In this document: positions 50,500 through 64,000 of the stretch, in pieces
Position numbering within the stretch: position 1 is the first letter of the stretch
Layout of the letters: every line of letters starts with the position of its first letter
Origin: the human T2T-CHM13v2.0 reference genome, Homo sapiens
NCBI RefSeq assembly: GCF_009914755.1
Contig: NC_060930.1
Strand: one strand, 5' to 3'
DNA length: 64,000 bases
Position numbers and translations under genes: made by a program
Notes under the pieces: generated by a model
Told to the model about the DNA's origin: nothing
Database searches by the model: none
Seen by the model: only the letters and a program-made list of their open reading frames with translations

Positions 50500-52290
50500 A
50501 CTTATCTGGAAGAATTCAATATTCTTGGAGTCACCACAACTTTTTACACACAATTTGTTATGTTTCATTAAATATCACTAGACATGTTATGAGATAGGAT
50601 AATATGATCAGAAATACAAAGAAAAATTCCAGACAATATAAGCAAATCCACAGGGTGATTCTGTTATTAGAGTTAGCGGATAGAAACATTAATATAGCTG
50701 TAATTAATGCATTCAAGAATTTAGAAAAATGGGAAAAAGATGAAAAGTTAGAGAATGTTATAGAATTACAAATTGAAAAGCAAATTGATACTTAAGGCTC
50801 AAGTTAAGCTCTATAGAAATTTGAAAACAGTAGAAGATAGGATTCAATAGAAAATCTGAGGCCTGAATGCTCAAAAGAGAAAGGACGTTAGAGACATATG
50901 GAACACATGGATATGATCGGGAGTTCCAGAAAAAGTAAAAAGTGTAGCAGAAGTAATATTTGAATAGATCATAGCCAGGATTTTTTTTTAACAACTGATG
51001 AAGGACTCAATGGAAAGACTCAGAGAAGGACTGTACTAGAAAACGTCTAGCGTAACAAATACAAATAAATCATACGCAGGCATATAATAGCAAAACTCTG
51101 AAAACCAAAGTCAAATAGAAAATCTTAAAAGCAGGAAAAATAAAAAAGACATTTTACCATCAAAGTCTGACAGCTAAATACTCAGCAGAAATTATGGAAG
51201 CCATTTATTAAAAAGTCAAAAAATAATAGATGTTAGCAAGGTTGTGTCAAAAAGGGAATGCTTAATGCTTATATGCTACTGGTGGAAATATACATTAGTT
51301 CAGCCACTGTGAAAAGCAGTGTGGCAATTCCTCAAGGAACTCAGAACAAAATTATTTGACCCAGCAATCCATTATTGGGTATATACCCAAAGGACTATAA
51401 ATCATTCTAACATAAAGACACATCCATGCATGTATTCATCTCAGCACTATTCACAATAGCAAAGACATTAAATCAAATTAAATGCCCCTCAATGGTAGAT
51501 GGATAAAAATAAATATGCTACATATACAATATAGAATACTATGCAGCCATAAAAAGGAACAAGATCATGTCATTTGCAGCAACGTAGATAGAGCTGGAGA
51601 CCATTATCCTAAGCAAACTAACATAGGTACAGAAAACCAAATGCCATATGTTCTCACTTACAAGTGAGAGCTAAATACTGAGTACACGTGGACACAAGGG
51701 AACAACAGACACTGGGGCCTGCTTGGGGGTAAAGGGTGGAAATAGGGAGAGGATCAAAAAACCACCTATAGGGTACTATGCTTATTACCTGGCTGACAAA
51801 ATGATCTGTACACCAAACTCAAGTGACATGAAATTTACCCATAACACAAACCAGCACATGTACCCTTGAACCTAAAATGAAAGTTAAAAAATACATACAT
51901 CAAACAAAATCATTATGGAAGCCAGAAATCAATAGAATGACACCTTAAAAATGCTACAGAAAAATTGCCTACCTGAATTCTATATCAAGCAAATAACCCT
52001 CCAAAAATGTAGACAAAATAATTAATGACATTTTCAGAAAAACAAAGAATGAGAAGTCACCACCAGCAGATCTGAATGAACACAAACACTTAAGAAATTC
52101 CTCAGGCAGAAGTAAAATAATTTGAGATTGAAACACGTAAATTCAAGAGGTAAAGATAAATATGTGGATAAATCCACTCACATACTATTCTTAAAACAAT
52201 AATAGTAATTATTTGTAGTTGTTAAAATATGTGAAAAATTAAAATACACAGCAATACAAAATATCATAGGGGGCTAATAAAAAATTTATA
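50500..52290 (+). mobile_element. Old L1M ORF1-region fragment (host of the L1P insertion)
   Basis: ggagttccagaa...gcagaagtaatatttgaa...aaaatcttaaaagcagg; resumes gccagaaatcaatagaatgacacctt. Confidence 0.65.
51204..51911 (+). mobile_element. L1PA15/16-like 5'-truncated LINE-1
   Basis: ORF2 end and 3' UTR (tttgacccagcaatccattattgggtatatacccaaagg; gggtactatgcttattacctgg); 13-bp TSD attatggaagcca (51191-51203 / 51912-51924). Confidence 0.9.
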
Positions 52291-52565
52291 CTACTATATC
52301 AACATTCTGACTTTTTCTAACCTTTCATCTAGTGCTGCAAGCTCTATGACTTTCAATGTATTGATGTTGACAGTTTTACCCAATCTTTTGCCATTGCCTA
52401 ATAGACTCTTGCATATTTTCCATTTCTGTTATCAATTTCTTCATTGTCTACTACCCGATCACTAGGCCAGTGTGACACATGTAAGGCATTTTTCAAAGGA
52501 TGTATCCCACTTCAAATTACCAATATCTACATTAGTTAAGATAATATCAGAAGCTATAAAATTTA

Positions 52566-52889
52566 GGCCGGTGTGGTGGCTCACGCCTTTAATTCCAGCA
52601 CTTTGGGAGGCTGAGGTGGGTGGATCACCTGAGGTCAGGAGTTCGAGATCAGCTTGGCCAGCATGACAAAACCTTGTCTCTAATAAAAATACAAAAATTA
52701 GCTGAGCATGGTGGCACGCCCCTGTAATCCCAGCTACTTGGGAGGCTGAGAATCAGCAGGAGAATCAACAGGAGAATCGGTTGAACCCAGGAGGTGGAGG
52801 TTGCAGCAAGCCAAGATCCCTCCACTGCCCTCCAGCCTGGGTGACAGACTGAGACTCTGCCAAAAAAAAAAAAAAAAAAAAAAAAATAG
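52566..52889 (+). mobile_element. AluSx-like with an internal 12-bp triplication
   Basis: Full dimer; 18-bp TSD agaagctataaaatttag. Confidence 0.96.
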
Positions 52890-55209
52890 AGAAGCTATAA
52901 AATTTAGAAAGAAACAAAGCAAAATATTGTTTCTTTTGGTGAGTTTATATAAGTAGAGATTTTTTTTCTCTTTTGCTCAAGTAATAGTTTAATATAGGTG
53001 TTCTTGGTTGATAAGTAGCCTTGTATCCAGTGATTCAAGACCTTAAACTCTTTCCATTCTGTATCTTCAATATCCTTTAGAACCTTGAAGTCCTCTGAAT
53101 TTATCTGGCAGGTCAGAAAAGAGTGAGAATAAACCAGAGCTGTTGTTTCTCAGCCTGAAGTGGCATACATCACTTTTATTCACAAAGGATTGGAATTGTA
53201 GACTTTGCATAGACAGCTGCTTCCCAATAGAAATGCTTACATTCCTGAGAGAAATCATGAATTTTTGTTGGCCAGTTAATCAATTCTGTCACTAAAGGTT
53301 TTTTGAATGAATAAAATAATCTGATGGTTTTAAAATTTATAAACAAAGCTTACCTCCTATCATAATAACCTTATAATGCATTGATAATTAAATCAACTTG
53401 AAAAGATATCTATGGTACGGGGAGGGAAATGTCCTGTATTTTGTGCTATTATATAAAATATTTCCGTTAAATTACTCATCTGGGAGTACATACCACTAAA
53501 ATAAGAAGCATGAGTTGAAAAGTCAATGATACAGCCGCAATTATATAATATATTTTGAAAAAATAGATACATTTTACTTGAGAGAAATAGTTTGTATTTT
53601 AATCTGTCTACAGTGAATTTAAGTAAGTTAAAGACATTAGAAATTAAGGTATTAGTGAGAGTGTTTTATTTTACTAAGTTTCATAAATGATGATTGTTGT
53701 TTATGACAGTTGTTTGAAATGACCTCCCTTAACTGCTGTTTTTTCCCTTTGCATTTAGATATTTGCTCTTTTATATGTGGAACTTAAATCTATAAGGCAC
53801 AAGGTTTATTCACTTAAGTTCCTGTTCAAAAGGAACTTTTTGGTATTTTAATTTTGCCTTCAACAGCAATGAGTCCTGAAGTCACACAAACTTTAAAGAT
53901 TTAGGTTAGTCTTTTGAAACTCACTTCTCTTAAACATGGATGGGGTATGAAGCAAATAAAAATGTTCATATTTAAAGCAATTGTGCGGAACCGCTTAATT
54001 TCTCAAAATCACTTATCTCTCTACTTTAACAGTGGGAAAAACAAATGATAATTGTGGTCCTCAAATTTGTGACCTAAACCCATACCTCCAAGGGATAGAG
54101 ATGGTTATTTTGACAATATAAATTCAAACTCACAGACTCTTGCATACGTTAGAAGCACGCTATAGTATCAAGCAATTGATTGGAAAACAAATTTTGTGAA
54201 ATGTGATAATATAACACAGGAAAATATGCCTGTAATAGTAAATCTAAATTAAATATATACCCTTGATAATTCATATTAACCATTTAATATAGATACTACT
54301 TTTGTGTTTTAATTTACAAGTAGCAACATTTAAAACAATTACATTCATCTATTTGAAGCTTAGCATCAGATGAGGTGGCCATTTAGAAACTGCTCAATCT
54401 GATAGACTAAGCTTATGCCTTTGATAGTTTTCTGAGCCCATTTAGATTTAATGAAAATATCTTACCAATTGTCTAATTTTTGAAATTTTTATTAAATAAG
54501 AGCTGAAAAATTGTGCCTATAAAGTGCAGGATTATTTACTCAAGTTGAGTTCCTATTCAAAAGGCACCTTCCAATATGACCCAATAAAAACATCACTAAA
54601 ACATTTTAAATATCATATTAAATGCTAATTAGATCTAGTCAAATATATATTAAATTTTTGTTACAATTCATTTTGTCCTTGGTTATTATTGAATGAAGCA
54701 GTTGCATTTTTTAGCTTGGTAGCAAATGAATTATTTCCAACTTTACAATAATCATTAAAACTGCAAATAATCTGTTGATTTTCCTTTTGTTTGATACAGG
54801 TTTTTAATTTAGATTTAACAATGGAGATTTTCAATAGAGAAAGTAGATGAAGACCTACCTTTGAGATATTTATTTTGCCTTCAGGGCCAACACTAGAAAA
54901 ATTAACATATACATCTTATTGCCAGAATCAAGAAAACTTTGGTCTTTGCAAAGATTTAAATTACTTGAGAGCAACAATTATGTGTTAGATAATTTTATAG
55001 TCTGCAGCTGTGCCAAAGGAAGTGCGGTGGGAAGCAAGGGACATAGAGGCAGAGGAAGGGCAAGGAGAATCCCATGCCATCAGAACCAGGGAAGTGAATA
55101 AGAAATTGCCTTGTGGTAGCCTCTCACAACATCATTCACCTCAGTGAACACAGACTATCTTTCTGTTTGTTAATTCTCAGAAAAATTTAGTAGTTTTCAT
55201 TGTGTGGGA

Positions 55210-56385
55210 CTGTCATATCTTATCTTGAATTTCTTCTCAAGTATTTTGTGTTTTTCAATGCTAACATAAGTGTTTTTTTAATTGTCTTTTCACAATTGTT
55301 TCTTGCTAATATAGAGAAATAGGATATATTTTTTATATTGACTTTGTAGACTGTGACTTTGCTAAATTTATTTATTCATTCTAGTATCTTGTTTTGTAGA
55401 TTCCAGCAAAATTTTGAGTCGAAGTATTGAGAGTGAGCATCTTTGCTTTGTTTCACAGGTTAGGTGAAAGGCTTTGATATTTTACTTAAGTAACTATAGC
55501 TTTATTGCAGATGTCTTTCTCCAGATTGAAGAATTTCTATTGTATTCCTAGTTGCTGAAAATTAAAAACCTTTTTTTGAGATATTTTAGTTTTGATTTCT
55601 AGATTCTCATTTGTTTATATTTCTAAAAGGTATCTATTTTTCTTCTGAAGCTCCATTTATCTTCATTCATTATATCCATCTTTTTTGCAAATCCTTTAAC
55701 ATATTTATGATACTTATTTCAATGTAATACTTCCTAATTAAAAAATCTGGATGATCTGTGAGTTTGTCTCTATTGACTTTCATTCTTGAATATTTATCAC
55801 ATTTTCCTGTTTCTTAACATATCTCATAATTTCTATCTAACTCGAAACATAGTGTTTGTATCTCAGAGTGGGCAGGCCTAGTGGCTAGGGTAAGGGGCTT
55901 ATCATTCAAATTCCACTGGGGTCATATTGAGCTGGTTTGGGCTACAACTTTCAATAGTTTTGTTTTACCATTGAATTCATTTCCAGCAGGATTCTGGAAG
56001 CTTTGCACCCCAAAATGCATAAGACTGCGTAAATTTGATTCCATACCTTTATTTTACTGAGACTTCTCTCCGCAAAGTTCAGGAAGTTGTGGGAGAAATT
56101 GTCAGTGACATTGATTAGTTTTTGCATCTAGGACTCTTCCAGATTTCAGTCCTCTTTCCCAGCCAATACAGATTCTAAAAGTTAGGCTGGTTTCTCCTCA
56201 TTCCTGCAAAGTCTTTCAGTCTATGACAGGTCACTTGCTGCCCACCAATACATAGGCAAGATATGTACCCCTAGGCATGGAAACTGTCTTGGCTTGCTTC
56301 TCCTTCATGTAAGATTCATTTCTTGCTGAGATTTAGCTCCTCAAGGCTTCCAGGCATCCAAACCTGCTGATACTCCTTGAATATC
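55210..56385 (-). mobile_element. Old L1M fragments
   Basis: ttgctaatatagagaaataggata...tatattgactttgta...gagcatctttgctttgtttc. Confidence 0.55.
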
Positions 56386-56390
56386 ATGTA

Positions 56391-57685
56391 CAGTCATGCA
56401 CTGCCTAGCCATGTTTTGGTCAACAATGGATAGCATATACAACGGTGGTCCCATAAGATTACAATGGAACTGAAAATTTTCTCCTATTACCTGGTAACAT
56501 AGTAGCTGTCATAACATCATAGTGCAACACATTGCTTACATGTTTGTGGTGATGTTGGTGTAAACAAACCTATTGTGCTGCTAGTCATATAAAAGTATAT
56601 TGTGTACAATTATGTATAGTACATAGTACTTGATAAAGATAATAAACAATGATGTTACAGATATATGTATTTTCTATACTATACTTGTTATCATTATTTT
56701 TAAAGTGTATTTATTCTACTTACCAAAAAAAAGTTAACTGTAAAACAGCCTCAGGCAGGTCCTTCAGGAGGTCTTATAGAAGAAGGCTTTGTTATTATAA
56801 GAGATGACAGCTCCGTGTGTGTTATAGTCCTTGAAAACATTCCTGTGGCCCAAGATGTGGAAGCGGAAGACAGTGACATTGATCCTGACCCTGTGTAGGC
56901 CTAGGCTAATGTGTATGTTTGTGTCTTAGTTTTCAACAAAATCTTTAAAAAATACAAATAAAAAAACTTTAAATCGAACAAAGCTTATAGAATAAGGATA
57001 GAATAATTTTTATTTATAAAAAGGATAAAAAGGATAGCTGAATTTTTGTACAGCTGTACAATGTGTTTCTGTTTTAAGCTAATTGTTACATCAAGACAGT
57101 CAAAAAGTTTAAAAATTAAAAATTTTATGAAGTAAAAAGTTATTGAATAGAAAATTATTTTTTATAAATTAGTGTAGCCTAAGTGTACAGTGTTTATAAG
57201 TCTATAACAGTAGAGTACAATAATGTCCTAGGCCTTCACATTTACTCATCATTCACTCACTGACTTACCCAGAGCAATTTCCAGTCTTGCAAGCTCCATT
57301 TATGGTAATTGCCCTATATAGGTGTACCATTTTTTATCTTTTCTATTGTATTTTTACTGTACCTTTTCCATGTTTCAGTATGTTTAGATATACAAATACT
57401 TATTGTGTTACAATAGCCTACGGTATTCAGTAGAGTAACATGCTGCACAGGTTGTATAGGTTTGTAGTCTAGGAGCAAAAGGCTATACATTTTGCTAGGA
57501 GCAAAAGGTATATATATATGGTATATATATATATATACCATATGTATATATGATGTATATATATTTATATACCATATATAGTCTACATATGTAGTAGACT
57601 ATGCCATCTAAGTTTGCACAATAGTAAAATCACCTAACGATGCACTTCTCAGAACATCTCCCTGTTGTTAAGGGACACATGTCTG
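56391..57685 (+). mobile_element. Tigger3b (Golem-derived) DNA transposon
   Basis: ta|cagtcatgcactgc...ggtggtcccataagatt; right TIR ctgttgttaagggacacatgtctg; (TA)n expansion at ~57508-57580. Confidence 0.9.
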
Positions 57686-58597
57686 TGTATGTTTATTATT
57701 TATTATTTTTTTATGGATATATTTTTACATCCTTCTACATCCTACTCAAAAGCAGAAATTGTTTCAACCATCTTATATTGTGCCTTCTGTTTGTGCAGAC
57801 AGAATTATCTCTATTGTCTGTGTTCACCGACAGACCAATTTCTTTCCTACCACGCTTTTATTAAGGGTACAGCCATCCCTGAGTGTGGCTACGAGTAGGT
57901 CCAAGATTTTTTCTCTTAGTTTCTATCTGCACCTTAAAATACAAACCATTAGTTCATTGAAATCAATAAATAGCTCATGAAGAGTCATGATTAGGTTTTA
58001 GTGTATCACACAGGTTATTAGTGCTTTGTTTCTTTTCTCTATTCTCTCACTCACCCTTTTAGCAACTCATGGGGGAGTTCCCCCATCCTCAACGCACTAA
58101 ATTATATTTATGAAAGCTTGTTTTCTAGATTTTATTCAGCATTTCTAGGGGCTCTGTGGTTGAACAATATCTACTGTGCCATATTGGCAAAAACAGAAGT
58201 CTTTTCTTATGCCTTCATGTAACTTTTAACCTTTCCGCCACACAATCTGGAGATACTATCTTTCTTCTGAAACCCTTCAGAACTTTTCAGTTCCCCTTTA
58301 ATGACACTTACCATGTTCTCTGTTATGTCACTACTAGTGTGCATGCATGTCCTAGATATACTGTAAGAATGTAAGTTTAATAATGAAACAATTTTCTTAT
58401 ATTCTTTATATCTTTAGGGCCAGGTGTAATACATTGCAATAGACTATGCACTCGATGGAAGAATTGATGTATGGAGAGTATAATAATGTCAATGAATTTC
58501 TCCAGACAAAAAGAAAAACATTTCCGTGACCCAGGTAAAATTCTGCAGTTTTTGATCCCTTTAGTTATAGAAACAGACAAGAAAAAACTCCAAAGGC

Positions 58598-58866
58598 ATG
58601 ATTTATAATCCTTTGGGTATATACCCAGGTGGGAACTGAACAATGAGAACACATGGACACAGGAAGGGGAACATCACACACCGGGGACTGTTGTGGGGTG
58701 GCAGGATGGGGGAGGGATATCATTAGGAGATATACCTAATGCTAAATGACGAGTTAATGGGTGCAGCACACCAACATGGCGCATGTGTACATATGTAAGA
58801 AACCTGCACGTTGTGCACACGTACCCTAAAACTTAAAGCATAATAATAATAAAATTAAAAAAAAAC
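58598..58866 (+). mobile_element. L1PA3-like short insertion with 5' inversion
   Basis: Sense 3' UTR from ~58627 (gctaaatgacgagttaatgggtgcagcacaccaacatggc); inverted ORF2 piece 58598-58628; 13-bp TSD aaactccaaaggc (58585-58597 / 58867-58879). Confidence 0.93.
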
Positions 58867-58937
58867 AAACTCCAAAGGCGAGAAGACAATGGTGCTTTTC
58901 TCAAGCCAGTTACAGCAAAGTTATATTGCCTTCATTC

Positions 58938-59110
58938 TATAGTTGCCAGATTTAGCAAATAATTATAATAACATAAAACTCTCCATTAAATTTGAATTTC
59001 AAATAAACAATGAATGTTTTAAATATATAAGTATGTCTCAAATTGCAATATTTGTTGTTTATCTGGAATTCAAATTTAAATAGGTGTCCTGTATTTTATC
59101 TGGTAACCCC
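58938..59110. mobile_element. MER53 palindromic hAT MITE
   Basis: gttgccagatttagcaaat...ttaaatttgaatttcaaataaacaa / ttgtttatctggaattcaaatttaa...tcctgtattttatctggtaaccc. Confidence 0.88.
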
Positions 59111-60379
59111 ATTCACATTACAAGTAGGGTGCTCAGAATCTAAACTTTCAGGTTTAGACTCCTTGGACTGTAAATCCTATACCCCACATATCTCTCTGAA
59201 TGCCACTTCTCTCATGAGGGTAATTTTCTTACTATTCTTTTTGTTTTTCAAGAGTATGATTAGCAAATTGACAAAACCAAGCTGTGTTGCATGTGAATAA
59301 TAGTAGGTATATCCTGGAATTTGCAAGTCTCATGTAACATGTGCCTAAGGTAACAGTGGTCTTTTGGATTCAATAATCCAAATAGATGATTCTATTAATG
59401 GAAATCTCAAACCAGAGACAAACATATCAACAGAAAGCAAGGAAGAAGCTTGTCTTCCAAACAACTCAATAAGGTGACTGCTAGTGACACCCATGTTTGG
59501 AGGAGATTTTCCTGCCTGTTGGAACCCCTACCATGTAGATTTTATGATTATTAGCTATCTTGTGTTAACTATAATTGAAAACATTTTTTTGTTTTTTAAA
59601 AAGATATTAAAAGTTTCAAATGATCACTTGCAGTCTTGCCTTCTAAAAATTCAGTAAAAATCATATTACAAATACAACCAAAAGTAGTCATAAATAGATC
59701 TTTTAGACACAAAATTGCACACACCGCCAGGATTTCTCTCCAGATCACATACTACTTACTGCACACCACAAGTTCCCCATTATTAAAGTAAGCAGGAAGC
59801 CTAGAAATCAAATAGACACATTACTGGAATTATGAACAAATAAACTGCTACCTAAAATTGTTATTATTATTATCAGAAGAGGGAATAGAATATGGAATTG
59901 TTAAATGTTTAAAGTGAAATAAAAAGAAATTTTTGAGTATTTTAAGTACCTGTTTTGTTTTATGAGACAACAGATTTTAAATTACAGCAGAAATAATGGT
60001 TACATGGAATATAAGGAAATACTTGTAACTGGAGTATAAACCAGGAAGATAACTGACAACTGTGGACAATTTTCAGAGGAACACTTATGATCATCTTTTT
60101 GAGATGGGTATCTTCTTAATGATTTTGCACATTCTACAGATTTCTCTGTGGTTTGTGTATACATGATGAGTCAGATTTTAGGATTGGAAAGGACCATTTT
60201 CTAGTTGTTCTCAACCATTTTCCCCCTACTCAACACACCTGAGGAAAACAACCAACTCCTAAAGGTAACCACTGGAGTGGTTCCCAAAATGGTGGTAGTT
60301 CAAAATTCCAGTGAAGGATTGGGAGGCTACAGAGTGACATAAGTAGTTTGATGAAGTCCTCTAAATCATTCTGGTATCC

Positions 60380-60748
<369 letters not shown>

Positions 60749-61629
60749 CTAATATAAACTTTTTTTAAAAAAATGAGCAATTGAGAGTCAGTTTTGTCCA
60801 ACACTGCCCAGAAAATCAGGTAAGAAAACAGAACTGGAAACGATGCCTTTGTCTCCCATTTTTAAATGCAGTGCTCTTTCTAATGCATCATGTTTTACCC
60901 TCCTCTTCATACACTTACCTTAGTGACCGTAATGATTTATCACTTCAGTTCACAAATGCATGTGGATTCTTTGAACTTTTTCTTTTAAAAAACAAACAAA
61001 CTGATTGTCTTTAACTGTTTTAAAACAGTGAGTCTCTGGTAGAGAAATACTCAGACATAAATTTCCTTAGTTATTCCTAGTTTGATGCTTCCTGACAAAC
61101 TCAAAGGTATCAATATAGTTCTACCAGTCTTTAAGCAGATCTTGTGTTCTTGTATTACATAAGGTTTTGGAACACTTTGTTGGAATGTTTAATCAGGGAT
61201 GAAAAATGTCAGAGCTCTTGCCCTAATGATTAATTCTGATTAACTCATTTAACCAATCTGGTTTATACTTCCATCCTGTGGTTTCACTAATTTCATAAGT
61301 TCAGACAGTCCTATAACAAGGAGGATAATTTTCTGGGACAGTGATGATGCACAGTCCTTTTCTGGTATCAGAGATAAGTGGGTGAAAACAGGCATTGGCA
61401 TGCAGCTGAGATCTGTCAGTTCCTGCTCATGGCACCTGGTTCTTGGGTGAGAATCAGAGCCAATTTCATCATATCAAAATTACTAATCCTATTCACTATG
61501 TAAATTATTTTACATCCATCAGTCTAATTTCTGAGCTTTGAGAGATACACTTTTTTTGTTATGTCTTGAAGTTTCTTTTTGTCTATTAAATATCTGTGTA
61601 TATAAACTCATCAGAATTATATTTTTTTA

Positions 61630-62365
61630 GTATACATTCATTGATTTATGTTAAAAATATATTCATTGAGCTCCTACTATGTGCCAAACATTGTCCTAAG
61701 TCATGGGCACAGAACAATCACTACAACAAAGTCTTTGCTCTCATAAAGTTTATAGCCTGGTTGCAACTTACAATTTTATAGTCTGGCTGGTAAAGATTTT
61801 ACACACACTGATATACGTGTGTGTGTGTGTATATATATATGTATATATATATACACACATGCATATATATATGTCCACATACATATATATGCATATATAT
61901 ATATCCACATATATCCATATATACATGTTTACAAATATATATGTATATGGGTGTGGGTATATGTTTGGTGATAAGGGGTAATAAAATAAAGTGAGTAAGG
62001 GGACAGAATTTCCCAGGGGTGTTATTTTAGCTAGACAGCAAATGCCTCCCATATGTAGTAACATTTAAGTAGAGATATAGATTAAGTGAAGGAGTGAGCC
62101 AGGGTGAAATCAGAAAAAAGAACATTTCAATTCTTGCTTTGGGAGGAGCATGGTTTGTATGTTTGTAGAATTGCAGAGCGGTGATGTGGTTGGAGCACCA
62201 TGACAGGAAAGTAAGAGAACCTGGCATCTGACAAGCTGTCAGGAACCAGGTGATGTAGGGTTTGTAGGCCTAGTAAAGACTTTGGACTTTATTCTCTATA
62301 AAATGTGCATATACTGAAGGGTTTTGAGTTGATGAAGGACATGATCTTGTTTATGTTTTAAAAAA
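61630..62365 (-). mobile_element. L2 with an embedded (TG)n/(TA)n/(CATA)n tract at ~61817-61962
   Basis: ttcattgagctcctactatgtgccaaacattgtcctaag; gtaaagactttggactttattct. Confidence 0.8.
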
Positions 62366-62379
62366 TAGTGCAGGAAAAC

Positions 62380-64000
62380 ACCAGCAAGATGGGTGATTAG
62401 AGATGCCTGGCATTTATCCTCCCAAAAACAAAGGACTAAGGCAACAAATACACAGCTAAGATTTGACTGGAGTGTTGAAAGGAGAGTACTGGAGTGCAGG
62501 GGGTTAGTAGAGAGGTACCTATGGTGATTGGAGATCCAGAAGGAAAGTGTGAAGGTGCCTCACCTCTGCAGCCCCATCTCCCCAAGCCTGGATCAGACCT
62601 GACTGGAGTAGGATGGATTCTTGTTGAGGGGAAAAGGTAGGCAGAAGAATTCCACAAGCCTCCATTGCCATCACAAACACCTGTAGTCCTTATAACAGGA
62701 GACTCCCACAGTCTCCCAGGTTGGAGAACTTCCAGGTTTTCATGCCACTGCATTGCCCTGGATTGGGAGCACAGGGTGTGTACTCCTTACACCCTACCCA
62801 CTCCCTGTGAGACAACTTGTTTCAGTATGGTGCCATCTTGAGAACAGAGCCACCTCTGGAGTGTGCCCTCCTCTGGAGGCCAGTGGCCACTGTAATTCCC
62901 CAACATTGAGACTCCATTTTTGTTCCTGCAAGCCCATGTCAATGGCTGAACACCAAAACCCCAGTAGCATGGAACCTAAGCCCAGAATTGGTTGTGATGT
63001 TGGTCCTAGACAGGAGGGAAGCCAACTCCTGTTACCCTAACTTCCAGTCAGAGAAACAGTCTGGCAGTCCCACCAAGAACCTGCCCTTAAGCTGGTCAAA
63101 TTGCTGTGTACTCTTCCCACCAAGCGGCAGAGGCCTTCAAGCCCCCGAGCAGCTGACCTGCTCCCAGGCCAGTAAAGTGGCTACACACCTGCTTCCAGAA
63201 CCTAAGTAACAGCCCTGAGGGCTCCATCCCATGGCAGATGAGCCCTTGACCTGCCCAATGGCCCTGCACCTGCAGCCAGAGCCTGAGAAATACCTCCATG
63301 GGTTTCCTCTAGCATAAACGCCCCAGGCTGGATGAGCAGCTGTGTGCCCATGCCCCAGGACTGAGAGAGACCTCTGCAGGCTTCCCCTGGTGGGCAGACC
63401 CCCAGGCCAGCCAAGCAGCTGTCTACCCACTGATATGGTTTGGCTGTGTCTCCACCCAAATCTCAACTTGAATTTTATCTCCCAGAATTCCCACATGTTG
63501 TGGGAGGGACCCAGGGAGAGGTAATTGAATCATGGGTGCCAGTCTTTTCCTGTGCTATTCTTGTGATAGTGAATAAGTTTCACGAGATCTGATGGGTTTA
63601 TCAGGGATTTCTGCTTTTGCTTCTTCCTCATTTTTCTCTTGCTGATGCCATGTAAGAAGTACATTTGCCTCCCACCATAATTCTAAGGCCTCCCCAGCCA
63701 TGTGGAACTGTAAGTCCAATTGAACCTCTTTTTGTTCCCAGTTTTGGGTATGTCTTTATCAGCAGTGTGAAAATGAACGAATACACCCATGCTCCAAGCC
63801 CAAAAATGGTCCCATGGGCCACCCCCAACAGACATAACCCCAGGCCAGCCAAGCAGCTTTACACCTATATCCCACTCCTGAGAAACAGCCCTGCAGGCTG
63901 CCCCTGGCATACACACCCCTAAGTCAGCCAAGCAGTTTTGCGCCCACATCCCATGCTGGAGAAATAGCCCCACTGGGCCCCTCCCAGCAGACATGCACCT
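62380..64000 (+). mobile_element. GC-richer 5' UTR of an old L1 (L1M/L1MA-type), runs off the window
   Basis: cagcaagatgg... start motif; recurring cccaggccagccaagcagc / cctgagaaa units typical of old L1 5' UTR arrays. Confidence 0.6.
63431..63785 (+). mobile_element. THE1A solo LTR
   Basis: tgatatggtttggctgtgtc...tctcaacttgaatt...gggtttatcaggg...gaataca; TSD cccac/cccat. Confidence 0.93.

Noticed and set aside
58938-59110. Large palindrome as a novel RNA hairpin
   Set aside because: Explained by the palindromic MER53 element
61703-62064. YI/CV-rich ORFs, also at 40364-40678 and 57314-57541
   Set aside because: Translations of (TA)/(TG)/(CA) microsatellites
63130-64000. Spaced repeats (cccaggccagccaagcagc) resembling a repeat-spacer array
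   Set aside because: Degenerate tandem units of an old L1 5' UTR interrupted by THE1A; eukaryotic context with no cas genes, so not CRISPR

Overview
This is AT-rich, CpG-depleted primate DNA, most likely human: it carries AluY/S/J, L1PA3, THE1 and LTR7 elements. It looks intronic or intergenic. I can support no protein-coding exon, and the ORF-track entries I could assign come from Alu, L1, LTR or low-complexity sequence. Roughly half the window is recognisable transposon debris: 13 Alu/FLAM copies, L1 fragments of many ages, a full LTR-int-LTR THE1 element, a dense LTR cluster at 40-50 kb (MLT2, MER39, MER34 with nested MER83, LTR16, MER50, MER61, solo LTR7), DNA transposons (MER30, Charlie, MER44, Tigger3b, MER53), MIR/L2, and a 3'-truncated 5S rRNA pseudogene. 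Subfamily names come from recalled consensus sequences, not a RepeatMasker run, and boundaries of old elements are approximate. I found no new multi-gene system. The most notable unexplained structures are: a ~140-bp locally templated insertion inside an L1, a pre-miRNA-like hairpin at 17412-17480, a ~88-bp direct repeat around a FLAM, an intact solo LTR7 of the pluripotency-active type, a candidate + strand terminal exon with a poly(A) site near 12.0-12.35 kb, and two twin-primed L1 insertions.
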